The notes beneath the pieces are model-generated. The model saw nothing but the letters and a program-made list of their open reading frames with translations. It was not told the DNA's origin and did not search any database. A stretch of 64,000 nt of DNA from a virus. Shown piece by piece: positions 17,898-27,270 of the stretch. How positions within the stretch are numbered: the first letter of the stretch is position 1; each line of letters opens with the position of its first letter. A program made the position numbers and the translations under genes. The stretch lies in the IMG/VR virus record IMGVR_UViG_3300021375_001810; one strand, written 5' to 3'.

Positions 17898-20133
17898 ACC
17901 AAGTAAGGAACTACAGTTAGTTTTTGATAAAGCAATAAGTGATGCTAAGTCGCTTCAGCATGAGTATGTTACACTGGAGCATATCATGTTTGCCATGCTT
18001 TGTTCTGAGAACTTTTACAATATAGTTCAAGGATACGGAGCAGATCCTGATTTTGTAAAATCAAACTTAGAACATTACCTTAAAGAAAAACTTGGTGATA
18101 TTAAAACTGAAGAAACAAAATATAAGCCAAAGAAAACATCATCTGTAGAACGTGTTCTTAATAGAGCATTTACACAAGTGTTATTTAGTGGCCGTCCTGA
18201 AATTACACTTCCTGACGTTATGTTAAGTTTGCTTAGTGAAAAGAAATCAATGGCTACTTACTATCTTGAAGAAGTAGGTATTACAAAAGAAAAATTTGCT
18301 GAATATATTAATTCAGAGTTCGAAGCTGAATACGAAGACGAAGAAATAAGCGGAGCTGCACAAAAGGCTTTACGTGCATTTACTACAAACTTAAATGACG
18401 ATGTTAAAAAGAACAAAGTTGATCCTGTTATTGGGCGAGCTGAAGAACTAGAATCGCTTGCATTGGCACTAGGTCGTAGAAGTAAAAACAATGTTCTTAT
18501 GGTAGGTGATCCTGGTGTAGGTAAAACAGCAATCGCCGAAGGCCTTGCATATAACATCGTTAATGACAATGTACCTGATTTCTTAAAAGAATTTAGTGTG
18601 TACAATCTTGACATTGGTAGTATGCTTGCTGGTAGTAAATATCGAGGCGACTTCGAAGAGCGTTTTAAACTTGTATTGACAGGCTTAAAAAGCAAAGGCA
18701 AAACTATTATGTTTATTGACGAAGCTCATATGATGAGTGGAGCAGGAGCTGCAGGTAGCAATAGTGCAAACGACTTAGCAAACATGCTAAAGCCTGCTCT
18801 TGCTAAAGGTAACATTAAAGTTGTTGCGTCAACTACGTGGGAAGAATATCGTAAATATTTTGAAAAGGACCGTGCATTAATGCGTAGGTTCCAACGTGTA
18901 ACAATTGACGAGCCTAGTAATGAAGTCACTAAAGATATTTTGCGTGGTATTAAGAAATACTATGAGGACTATCATGCAACTACTATTACAGACTCAGCAA
19001 TTGATGCGGCTGTAAAATTAAGTGTAAAGTATCAATCAGATAAGAAATTACCTGATAAAGCAATTGACTTGCTTGATGTAGCATGTTCAAGATTTAAACT
19101 GTCTAATACTCCTGAAGGAGAGCGTACAGTTAGCGAAGAAGAAGTACAATTTGAACTTAGTAAAATGATTAACATTCCAACTGAACAAGTTGCTGAAAAA
19201 GAATCTGGAAACTTAGTTAATCTTGATAAAAATATTAAGAAAGTTGTATATGGGCAAGACACTGCTGTAGACGAAGTTGTTGATAAGATACTTGTTAGTC
19301 AAGCAGGACTAAAGTCAGAAGATAAGCCTGTGGGTTCATTTGTGTTTATGGGACCAACTGGTACTGGTAAAACAGAAACAGCAAAAGCACTATCAAACGA
19401 ATTAGGTGTTAAACTTGTTAGATTTGATATGAGTGAATATCAAGAAAAACATGCTGTAGCAAAACTAATTGGTTCTCCTCCAGGTTATGTAGGACACGAA
19501 GAAAATGCAGGTTTGTTAATTACAAAACTTCAAGAAAATCCTAACTGTGTATTACTACTAGACGAGATCGAAAAAGCACACCCTGATGTTTCACAACTGT
19601 TGTTACAAATTATGGACAACGGTAAAGTTACTGGTTCAAATGGTAAAGAGGCAGACGCCCGTAATAGCATTATTATCCTTACAACTAACTTAGGTGCTAA
19701 ACAAGCAGAAAAGAATTCAATCGGATTTGGTGACGAACAAGAAGAAGTTTACGAAGATACTGAATTGAAAAAGTTCTTTGCTCCAGAGTTTAGAAACAGA
19801 CTTGACGGTGTAATTACATTTAACAAACTTGGTAAACCTGTAATGATGAAAATTGTTGGCAAGTTTCTTGTTGAACTTAAAAATATGGTTAAGGACAAAG
19901 GAGTTGTTATTAACATTACAGATGAAGCACTAGACTACTTAGTGGATAAAGGCTTCGATCCAAAGATGGGGGCAAGGCCATTACAACGTGTTATTGATAA
20001 AGAAATTAAAAGACCTTTATCAAGAGAATTGTTATTCGGTAAATTAAAAACTGGTGGAACACTAACAATCGACATTGTAAACGGTGAGGTCTCTCTAAAT
20101 GTATTAGAGGAATCGACAGTTGAAAACACATGA
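17890..20133 (+). CDS. clpA: Clp protease ATPase subunit ClpA
   Basis: Clp N domain, two AAA modules (GDPGVGKT, GPTGTGKT), IGF ClpP-docking loop, no ClpB M-domain. Confidence 0.92.
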   Translation: MVEPSKELQLVFDKAISDAKSLQHEYVTLEHIMFAMLCSENFYNIVQGYGADPDFVKSNLEHYLKEKLGDIKTEETKYKPKKTSSVERVLNRAFTQVLFSGRPEITLPDVMLSLLSEKKSMATYYLEEVGITKEKFAEYINSEFEAEYEDEEISGAAQKALRAFTTNLNDDVKKNKVDPVIGRAEELESLALALGRRSKNNVLMVGDPGVGKTAIAEGLAYNIVNDNVPDFLKEFSVYNLDIGSMLAGSKYRGDFEERFKLVLTGLKSKGKTIMFIDEAHMMSGAGAAGSNSANDLANMLKPALAKGNIKVVASTTWEEYRKYFEKDRALMRRFQRVTIDEPSNEVTKDILRGIKKYYEDYHATTITDSAIDAAVKLSVKYQSDKKLPDKAIDLLDVACSRFKLSNTPEGERTVSEEEVQFELSKMINIPTEQVAEKESGNLVNLDKNIKKVVYGQDTAVDEVVDKILVSQAGLKSEDKPVGSFVFMGPTGTGKTETAKALSNELGVKLVRFDMSEYQEKHAVAKLIGSPPGYVGHEENAGLLITKLQENPNCVLLLDEIEKAHPDVSQLLLQIMDNGKVTGSNGKEADARNSIIILTTNLGAKQAEKNSIGFGDEQEEVYEDTELKKFFAPEFRNRLDGVITFNKLGKPVMMKIVGKFLVELKNMVKDKGVVINITDEALDYLVDKGFDPKMGARPLQRVIDKEIKRPLSRELLFGKLKTGGTLTIDIVNGEVSLNVLEESTVENT

Positions 20134-20767
20134 TACAACTAAACTTTTTTACGATCAATACGTATACAAACTAGTAATCAATAACGGTTTAGCCGACATA
20201 TTTCGGAATAAAAATCTAACTCATGCAAGAATGGTACTTGACAAGTTAGATAGTGCCGAGCAAGACGGTGAACCGTTAGTTGTACAACGTATGCGTAGAG
20301 AGATTCCTGTAACAACAGCTCACTTTAATGACGCAAAAAAGTTAATTCGATTCTTGTATAACTTTGACGACTATACATTACGTATTGAATTATCTCATAT
20401 GAGTATATATTCTAACTCAAAAGAATGGCTTACATCTATTAAGAATACACTAACTCCTGAGTGTTTTAGAGAGTTTTGGGAGCCTAACTCAGCATATACA
20501 CTTAAACCTAATGTTATTATAACTGACTCGTATCCTGACTTTGATTATAAAGTTACTTTAGGCAGAGCTAAAGGTACTCCTGAATTTGCTAAATTTGTAC
20601 ATAATAACCCTAATTTAATTAAGGCAGGTCCTACTCTAATTAGAAAGTGTGAAGAAAGCAGTTATGTAGACGGATATTATTTTTTTGTTAGAGATGAGAA
20701 AAGTCTTGCATTAATTAATCTATTTCTAAGTAATATTCGCCGCATCGACAAAATTGTAGCTATGTAG
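20120..20767 (+). CDS. Hypothetical protein
   Basis: 215-aa ORF. Confidence 0.65.
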   Translation: MKTHDTTKLFYDQYVYKLVINNGLADIFRNKNLTHARMVLDKLDSAEQDGEPLVVQRMRREIPVTTAHFNDAKKLIRFLYNFDDYTLRIELSHMSIYSNSKEWLTSIKNTLTPECFREFWEPNSAYTLKPNVIITDSYPDFDYKVTLGRAKGTPEFAKFVHNNPNLIKAGPTLIRKCEESSYVDGYYFFVRDEKSLALINLFLSNIRRIDKIVAM

Positions 20768-20774
20768 TATTTTA

Positions 20775-20782
20775 GATAAATA
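20775..20782 (+). promoter_or_regulatory. Putative late promoter GATAAATA
   Basis: Motif 5 nt before ATG 20788. Confidence 0.6.
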
Positions 20783-20787
20783 CTTAT

Positions 20788-21156
20788 ATGGCACAGAGCG
20801 AAACAATATTATCAAATCAATCACATCCAGGTGATAGTACAATAGAATCTCACACAGGTGAAAAGTACAAGGGTGACGGTTATTATGGCCGTGCAGACGG
20901 TTTACATACCGTACAATATAACATAACTGGGTTCCAAGGTAAGATTAAAATGCAGGCAACACTTGCAATTGACCCAACTTCTAATGATTGGTTTACATTA
21001 GATTCAACAGAACACGAAACTATTGGATTTGCTAACGATAGTGCAACTGCAACAGGTTCACATATAAAAAACTTTACAGGAAACTATGTATGGGTAAGAG
21101 CTGTTGTAAGTAGTTGGACAGATGGAACAGTTACTAGCATTCAATTAAATCATTAA
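20788..21156 (+). CDS. Beta-rich hypothetical (possible virion) protein
   Basis: 122 aa, NFTGNYVWVRA C-terminus. Confidence 0.6.
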   Translation: MAQSETILSNQSHPGDSTIESHTGEKYKGDGYYGRADGLHTVQYNITGFQGKIKMQATLAIDPTSNDWFTLDSTEHETIGFANDSATATGSHIKNFTGNYVWVRAVVSSWTDGTVTSIQLNH

Positions 21157-21165
21157 GGAAGCATC

Positions 21166-21762
21166 ATGGAACATTTTATAAGAGTAGTAATGGAAAAACA
21201 GGACACACTAAGCGAAGGCTTAAATGAATCAGTATTTCCAGGAAGTTATGTATTTGAATCAGAGCAAGGTGCTACAATATTTGAAATGCCTTTAGCAAAA
21301 GAACTTACATCAGAAGAAGCAGACGAATTTGCACAAAAATTAAGTGAATATGTATTTGATCAAGGTTACAATGATTTTGACATTGAAATATCTACAAATG
21401 ATAAACTTGACGAAGACGAAGAAACATACGAAGACGATGATGACTTTTTTGAAGAATATGGTGTTTTGTGGTACAACGAAGATGATGACCCGATAGACGA
21501 AGCAGAATACCGAGGACGTAAAGTTAAATTAGGCAAGCCTATGCAAGGTGATGTTAAGAAGTTTAAAGTTTATGTTAAAGACCCAAAGACAGGTAATGTT
21601 AAAAAAGTAAACTTTGGACACGGTGGTAGTAGTGTTAAAGGTAAGTCAATGAAGATTAGAAAAAATAATCCGGCTGCAAGACGTTCATTTAGAGCAAGAC
21701 ATAATTGCGACAATCCGGGCCCAAGAACAAAAGCAAGATACTGGTCATGTAGGAAGTGGTAA
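21166..21762 (+). CDS. Putative internal head protein: acidic pro-region plus basic C-terminal domain
   Basis: Acidic stretch ending IDE, then KVKLGKP...KKVNFG...RRSFRARHNC...YWSCRKW. Confidence 0.55.
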   Translation: MEHFIRVVMEKQDTLSEGLNESVFPGSYVFESEQGATIFEMPLAKELTSEEADEFAQKLSEYVFDQGYNDFDIEISTNDKLDEDEETYEDDDDFFEEYGVLWYNEDDDPIDEAEYRGRKVKLGKPMQGDVKKFKVYVKDPKTGNVKKVNFGHGGSSVKGKSMKIRKNNPAARRSFRARHNCDNPGPRTKARYWSCRKW

Positions 21763-21763
21763 T

Positions 21764-22120
21764 ATGCGTATTGACGAGTTAGGAAATAATAATAGTAATT
21801 TAAGATTAGATTTTGATAACGTAGAAGACTTATGTATTTTTATACGTAATAATCCTATGTTTTATCGTAAGCAATTTTTCCCATGTATGGCTAATATATC
21901 TGATAAACTTGATGCAGGTAAAAAATGTGATCCAGTTAAAGACATAGGTCCATGCGTTGATAATGCTTGTGACGCTTATTGTGATACATATGATTTGCCA
22001 CATGACTCTAAGACATTATTTCCGGTAGACGACAGACGTGCTGCAATAGAAAAACTATATGCAGAAGAAATGCCTAATGTTAAAAAAGGAATGTATAAGG
22101 CTGAATCATCATGTTCGTAA
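21764..22120 (+). CDS. Hypothetical protein (MRIDEL N-terminus)
   Basis: 118-aa ORF. Confidence 0.6.
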   Translation: MRIDELGNNNSNLRLDFDNVEDLCIFIRNNPMFYRKQFFPCMANISDKLDAGKKCDPVKDIGPCVDNACDAYCDTYDLPHDSKTLFPVDDRRAAIEKLYAEEMPNVKKGMYKAESSCS

Positions 22121-23043
22121 GAGAATTATTTGAAGCAGAAAAGAAAGTAGCGGTTGCGGCATTTGGTCGTATGAATCCACCTACTATTGGACATGAAAAA
22201 CTTGTAAACAAAGTAAAAAGCCAAAGCGGCGATCATTATATCTTCCTAAGTCAAACACAAAAACCAAAAGATAATCCACTACCGTTCGATGAGAAATTAA
22301 GATTTGCCAAAGAATTTTTTCCCGGTGTTAACGTAGGACATCCGCAAGTACGTACACCAATTCAAATGTTACAACTATTAGAAAAGTTAGGATATACTGA
22401 TATTGTATATGTTGCAGGTTCTGATAGAGTAGAAAGTTTTGATAAACTGTTTAACGATTATAACGGTAAAGAATATAACTTCAATAGTATTAAAGTAATA
22501 AATGCAGGCGAACGTGATCCGGATGCAGAAGGTGCTGAAGGCATGAGTGCAAGTAAGATGAGAGCGGCTGCCGCTCAAGGAGACTTAGATTCATTTACTC
22601 AAGGTGTTCCTAAACTAGCAGCTGCAGAAGAAATGTATAATGCTGTACGTAAAGGTATGGGAATTAAAGACGAAGTTCCTGCAAACGAAATATTAGGCTT
22701 TGCTACCAAAAGCCCAAAACGTGCAACTATAAAAGTTAAAAAACGTCCACCAGAAGAAGATAGTGTAAAAGATAAAATTGCAAAACGTAGAGCAATGGCT
22801 GCTAAAGGAAATTCTCGTGCGTTTAAAGCAGGCGCACTAGATGAAGGCGACTTAGTAGTAGATAAAGGATCATTAATATCATACCTACGTGATATGATAC
22901 AAAAATACGTTATGGAAGAAAACGATGTTGAAAAACTTTCTCAACTATTAAAATTTATGGTAGGTAAAGAGATTAAGTCGCACGGTGATAAAAGATACCG
23001 TATTACTTCTGAAGATATAGTTGAGGCTTTAGATCGTGGATGA
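22111..23043 (+). CDS. Phage cytidyltransferase-like (HxGH-family) protein with C-terminal extensions
   Basis: FGRMNPPTIGHEKL, VAGSDRV, GMSASKMR. Confidence 0.8.
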   Translation: MFVRELFEAEKKVAVAAFGRMNPPTIGHEKLVNKVKSQSGDHYIFLSQTQKPKDNPLPFDEKLRFAKEFFPGVNVGHPQVRTPIQMLQLLEKLGYTDIVYVAGSDRVESFDKLFNDYNGKEYNFNSIKVINAGERDPDAEGAEGMSASKMRAAAAQGDLDSFTQGVPKLAAAEEMYNAVRKGMGIKDEVPANEILGFATKSPKRATIKVKKRPPEEDSVKDKIAKRRAMAAKGNSRAFKAGALDEGDLVVDKGSLISYLRDMIQKYVMEENDVEKLSQLLKFMVGKEIKSHGDKRYRITSEDIVEALDRG

Positions 23044-23251
23044 ACTTGCACAAATAGTAAAGTTAGCCGGGGTTAATGAGTTTAAAGGATATCAAGAATA
23101 TACTTTAGAGAACATGAGTCATACTGCTACTGAACTAAAGCAAAAAGAAAGAGAAATGGGTATAAAGCCCGGAGACCAAGAATGGTTTAAATTATGGTTT
23201 AGTTTACCTTATATGAACGGACCAGTAAAGTTTAGAGGACGTACAAAATGA
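23036..23251 (+). CDS. Hypothetical protein
   Basis: IKPGDQEWFKLWFSLPY motif; 71 aa. Confidence 0.6.
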   Translation: MDELAQIVKLAGVNEFKGYQEYTLENMSHTATELKQKEREMGIKPGDQEWFKLWFSLPYMNGPVKFRGRTK

Positions 23252-24270
23252 ATCTTCGTCAGTTATTTGAAAGAGGAAGAATTGTTCCAGGTGTTAACAC
23301 TACGCCTGATGTTGGTCCTAACGAAATTAAAAAACAAGCTGCAAAGTTTGGATTTAAAGTAGACAAAGACGGCAGACCACAAAATCATCCTAAAAAAGTA
23401 AAAGGTTCTAAAACGAATGTTGCATTTAACTTAGGCATGACTGAAGGCAACATGCTTGCTAATCCTAAAAATACATTCCTTACAAAAGCAGATACAGCAT
23501 ACGACTTTATTAAAGTAGGTACAAACTTAGCAAACTTAAAAGATGTTCCAGCAGGCGGAAATATGGACGAGCCAGACATAATGATTGCTCCATACGCAGG
23601 TGCTAAAGAAATGAAGTATCTTATGAAGCAACTTAATCGTATTGGTTATAAAACACAAGATGCTCAAGGCTACCAAGATGCACACTATGACGAAGAGCCA
23701 ACTGGTGGAGAAGCACCTCCACAAATGAAGGGGCAAGGTCCATTAGGTAAAATTAAAATATCTAAGTTACGTGGTGTGCAAAAAGAAAGAACATACGAAA
23801 AGTTAGCAAAGCAACTTGAACGTGTATTAGAAGACGACTATGCTCCATTACAAATTGACCGTAAAGGTAGAGTGATTAACGGACATCACAGACTAGATGC
23901 ATTGCGTTTAGTAGGCGAAGAATATGCTCGTGTGCATATGATTGATGACGTAGTAGAAAACGTAAAAGAAACTTATGCTGATGATCAAAGAGAGAAAACA
24001 AAACGTCAATTAGCTAAACACGATAAAGCAATGGTTAAGTCAGCTCGTGATTCTATTAAGAAATACGAAAAAGATAAAGAACAAAAAACAGATGAAAACT
24101 TTGCTGACGGTAAGAAAAAAGGCAAAAGCAGACCTGGTAGAGTTAAGAAGTCAGGTGCTAGTTGTAACGGTAGTGTTACCAGTTTAAGAGCAAAAGCAAA
24201 GAAATCTAGTGGAGAACGTGCTAAAATGTACCACTGGTGTGCTAATATGAAGAGTGGAAAGAAGAAATAA
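23248..24270 (+). CDS. Mosaic putative head protein containing a ParB/Srx-like domain
   Basis: PLQIDRKGRVINGHHRLDAL; basic C-terminal module ENFADGKKKG...HWCANMKSG. Confidence 0.55.
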   Translation: MNLRQLFERGRIVPGVNTTPDVGPNEIKKQAAKFGFKVDKDGRPQNHPKKVKGSKTNVAFNLGMTEGNMLANPKNTFLTKADTAYDFIKVGTNLANLKDVPAGGNMDEPDIMIAPYAGAKEMKYLMKQLNRIGYKTQDAQGYQDAHYDEEPTGGEAPPQMKGQGPLGKIKISKLRGVQKERTYEKLAKQLERVLEDDYAPLQIDRKGRVINGHHRLDALRLVGEEYARVHMIDDVVENVKETYADDQREKTKRQLAKHDKAMVKSARDSIKKYEKDKEQKTDENFADGKKKGKSRPGRVKKSGASCNGSVTSLRAKAKKSSGERAKMYHWCANMKSGKKK

Positions 24271-24272
24271 TA

Positions 24273-24473
24273 ATGTTTAGCAAACAATGTAAATTACACT
24301 TAGATGAAAAAGGCGAAACAGGACTAGAACACATGAAAGAAGCACTAAGAGCTGCTGTTAGATTACAATTACTTGTACCAGCACTAGTAGTACACAGTGT
24401 TGCACCTAGGTTCTTTACAGATACAGCAACAAGAGTAATGAAAGATATTTTGCACGAGCGTAAAGATGCATAA
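24273..24473 (+). CDS. DUF6356-like small protein
   Basis: HLDEKGETGLEH...HSVAPRFFTDTAT. Confidence 0.55.
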   Translation: MFSKQCKLHLDEKGETGLEHMKEALRAAVRLQLLVPALVVHSVAPRFFTDTATRVMKDILHERKDA

Positions 24474-24502
24474 ATACAATATAAGTTAATTCGGGATTTA
24501 AA

Positions 24503-25249
24503 ATGAAGATATACGAAATTACATCAATTAAAAATAAGTCAAATCAATTAGACGAAGCATTACCTGCATTATTAATACCCGGTATTATTGCAGGAGCAAG
24601 AATTGCTGGTCCTTGGTTAGCAAAACAGGGTGCAAAGATAATTGCAAAAAGAGGTGCGGCAGCCGCAGGCGCAAAAGAATTAGGCAAACAGGCTGCTAAA
24701 CAAACTGCTAAAGGCGCAGGTGCTGTTGCAAAAGGTGTTGCTAAAGCACCAATTAAGCACCCAGTTGCAACTGCTACAGTAGGTGGCGGAGCATATGTTG
24801 CTAAGAAAGCAGGCGATGCAATTGACGCTGTTGGTGATAATATTGACGAGTTAATAGCAAAAGGTGCAGATAGTATCGATGCTATAAAAGATCAAATAAC
24901 TGCCGCATTGGGTGGTCCAGGATTTGCTAAAGTTGCAGCTTTTGCATCTAAATATGCAATTCCAGGGTTAGCTGCTGTTGCTATACTATACGGTGGTAAA
25001 AAGATTTGGGATTATGCTACTAAAGCTGGTGAATCAGATCTTGCAACAGAGAGTGCTACTGTAGGTGCTACAGCATCAGGTAACGTGGCATCAGTTGCTA
25101 ATCCAATTGCAGCTAATGCTAAAATAAAACGTGATAAAAATGGCGTTCCAATAGCGCCACAAAAGAAAAATAAAGACGGAACCGCTATTAATGCACTTGA
25201 TATGAAAAATAATATCATGGGCGGCAAAGCAATTAAGAGGGTACAATAA
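24503..25249 (+). CDS. Ala/Gly-rich putative internal virion protein
   Basis: MKIYEI...LDE N-terminus; TAAATA at 24471-24476 upstream. Confidence 0.55.
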   Translation: MKIYEITSIKNKSNQLDEALPALLIPGIIAGARIAGPWLAKQGAKIIAKRGAAAAGAKELGKQAAKQTAKGAGAVAKGVAKAPIKHPVATATVGGGAYVAKKAGDAIDAVGDNIDELIAKGADSIDAIKDQITAALGGPGFAKVAAFASKYAIPGLAAVAILYGGKKIWDYATKAGESDLATESATVGATASGNVASVANPIAANAKIKRDKNGVPIAPQKKNKDGTAINALDMKNNIMGGKAIKRVQ

Positions 25250-25250
25250 A

Positions 25251-26027
25251 ATGGCTAAAGTAGATCCAGACAAAAAACCTAAAGGAGCATTTGCTCAAGG
25301 GTTTGCAAAAGGTTACCAAGTAACAGGTAAAGTAACAGATCCTGACTCATTACGTAAAGGTATTACAGGGTTAGGTAAAAGCATAACAACTCCAGATGAT
25401 GAGAAAAACAAAATGAAAGTTACTGCCGCAGACAAGAGAATGAATACTGTTGCATATCAAAGATTAATGAAAGGCGACCCACGCTATGTGGATGCCATTA
25501 AAGAAGGTCTTGCTGATAAAGCAGACATGGCTGAACGTGACCATGAAGTACAAATGGCTCGTGCAGACTTATACAAGATTGCAAAGTATGCTATTGAACT
25601 ACACGACATGATGAAAAAAGTTACAGAAGCAGAAGGTATTGAAGGTTGGCAACAGGCTAAAATTACTAAAGCGGCAGACTACATGAGTAGCGTTTTCCAT
25701 TCATTAGATTATGATTTAAGATTTAACGAACCTCAAGAACCTACAGTTGAAGGCAAAAGCCCACACAAAAAAGGTACTAAAAAATATAAAGCACACATGG
25801 CTGCTATGCATGCCGAAAGTGTAAAAGATCCGTATAAAAAAGGATTAATGGATAAACTACACGAAGCAAAACAAAGTGTTTGTAAAGAGTGCGGGAATCC
25901 AAGTTATACTACACTCCCAGAAGAAAAGCAAAAAGGTGTTGATGGCAAAGTATGCTGGAAAGGCTACAAGCGTATGGGCACTAAGAAAAAAGGCGGTAAG
26001 ACTGTAGATAACTGCGTGAAGATGTAA
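25251..26027 (+). CDS. Mosaic putative internal head protein
   Basis: Modules DHEVQMARADL...EGWQQAKITKAADY, EGKSPHKKG, CWKGYKRMGTKKKGGKTVDNCV. Confidence 0.55.
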   Translation: MAKVDPDKKPKGAFAQGFAKGYQVTGKVTDPDSLRKGITGLGKSITTPDDEKNKMKVTAADKRMNTVAYQRLMKGDPRYVDAIKEGLADKADMAERDHEVQMARADLYKIAKYAIELHDMMKKVTEAEGIEGWQQAKITKAADYMSSVFHSLDYDLRFNEPQEPTVEGKSPHKKGTKKYKAHMAAMHAESVKDPYKKGLMDKLHEAKQSVCKECGNPSYTTLPEEKQKGVDGKVCWKGYKRMGTKKKGGKTVDNCVKM

Positions 26028-26029
26028 TT

Positions 26030-26596
26030 ATGGCAGACGACTTTTACAAAATGAGTTCAATGATGAAGGATTTATTTCCTTCAAATCCTCAAGCAGATAG
26101 AGAAGCACTAATGGGTATGGCTAATGGCGGGCAACCGCAACAAAGTGCTGAATCCACAAAAAACTATGTGCAAGAAAGTGTAGATGTACCACAGGGTAGT
26201 TTACAAATGGATAAGAACTATAGTGTAAACGATTTTGCTGCTCTTGCAGGTGTTACTAAAGCACAACCAAATCGTGTAGTAGAAACAATAACAGATCAAG
26301 ATTATCAACCAATTCCAGAAACATCAGACAAAGATTTACGTATTCAACAACTTGAAGAACGTGTATCTAAACTAGAGGCATTAATAAAAGAAAGACCATT
26401 ATCAAAAGGCGAAGAAAAGAAAAAGGAAAAGATTGTAAAAGGCATGAAGAAAAATAAAGGCGATTTTGAGAAGCGTTACGGCAAAGACGCAGAAGCAGTT
26501 ATGTACGCAACTGCTACTAAAAATGCCAAAAAAGAGTCATTTATCAGAGATGAACTTTATCGTAAATTAAAAGAATACGAATTTAAATCAAAATAA
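26030..26596 (+). CDS. Mosaic putative internal head protein
   Basis: KIVKGMKKNKGDFEKRYGKDAEAVMYATATKNAK module. Confidence 0.55.
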   Translation: MADDFYKMSSMMKDLFPSNPQADREALMGMANGGQPQQSAESTKNYVQESVDVPQGSLQMDKNYSVNDFAALAGVTKAQPNRVVETITDQDYQPIPETSDKDLRIQQLEERVSKLEALIKERPLSKGEEKKKEKIVKGMKKNKGDFEKRYGKDAEAVMYATATKNAKKESFIRDELYRKLKEYEFKSK

Positions 26597-26600
26597 TTGC

Positions 26601-26629
26601 TTGACTTCTAAGCAAATTTCCTATATAAT
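26601..26629 (+). promoter_or_regulatory. sigma70-type promoter TTGACT-N17-TATAAT
   Basis: Heads the replication operon. Confidence 0.75.
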
Positions 26630-26663
26630 ATACTAATTACAAACTAAACTCAAAGGAGAACTT

Positions 26664-26924
26664 ATGAGCAGTAGGACCTACGGCCCCGAAGAGAAGGCCA
26701 AATTAGAGCGGCTGGTAAACGAAGGCGTTACCGTGATGCAGGAAATAGAAGACTTGAATTTGGGTCTTAAAGAAACAGTTAAGGCTGTTGCAGAAGAACT
26801 AGACATTAAACCGTCTATGATTAATAAAGCAATTAAGATTGCACAAAAAGGTGATTGGGAGAAAGTAGCGAATGACTTTGACGACTTGGAAACATTGGTC
26901 GTTACTGTCGGTAAGGACAAATAA
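26664..26924 (+). CDS. Small helical dsDNA-binding protein (T4 DsbA/GapR-like)
   Basis: 86 aa; EIEDLNLGLKETVKAVAEELDIKPSMINKAIKIA pattern; SD AAGGAG. Confidence 0.55.
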   Translation: MSSRTYGPEEKAKLERLVNEGVTVMQEIEDLNLGLKETVKAVAEELDIKPSMINKAIKIAQKGDWEKVANDFDDLETLVVTVGKDK

Positions 26925-26925
26925 A

Positions 26926-27204
26926 GTGCAAAGCATAAGAGACTTTTACACAGATAGTCTTAAATCCGACCCCATTGCACACTATGCAGAAATGATTGGT
27001 GCTGTTGCTGTTATTATTGGAAGTAGCATACTAACATGGACTGTACTTACTCCTAGACCGGATATTTTTATACCGTTCTATTTTGTAGGTAGTTGTGCAA
27101 GTTTTTTTGGAGCATATCGACGTGGACTACCTTGGGTACTAGTACTTACAGGTTGGTTCATTATTATGAACATGATAGCACTAAGTAGGCTATATATTGT
27201 ATAA
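26926..27204 (+). CDS. Three-TM membrane protein
   Basis: GTG start; three hydrophobic segments. Confidence 0.6.
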   Translation: MQSIRDFYTDSLKSDPIAHYAEMIGAVAVIIGSSILTWTVLTPRPDIFIPFYFVGSCASFFGAYRRGLPWVLVLTGWFIIMNMIALSRLYIV

Positions 27205-27270
27205 CGCCAAAGACAATTGTCAGGCATGTATGAAGGTTAAGTTGGCCATAAGCAACAGGAGAAAATATAA

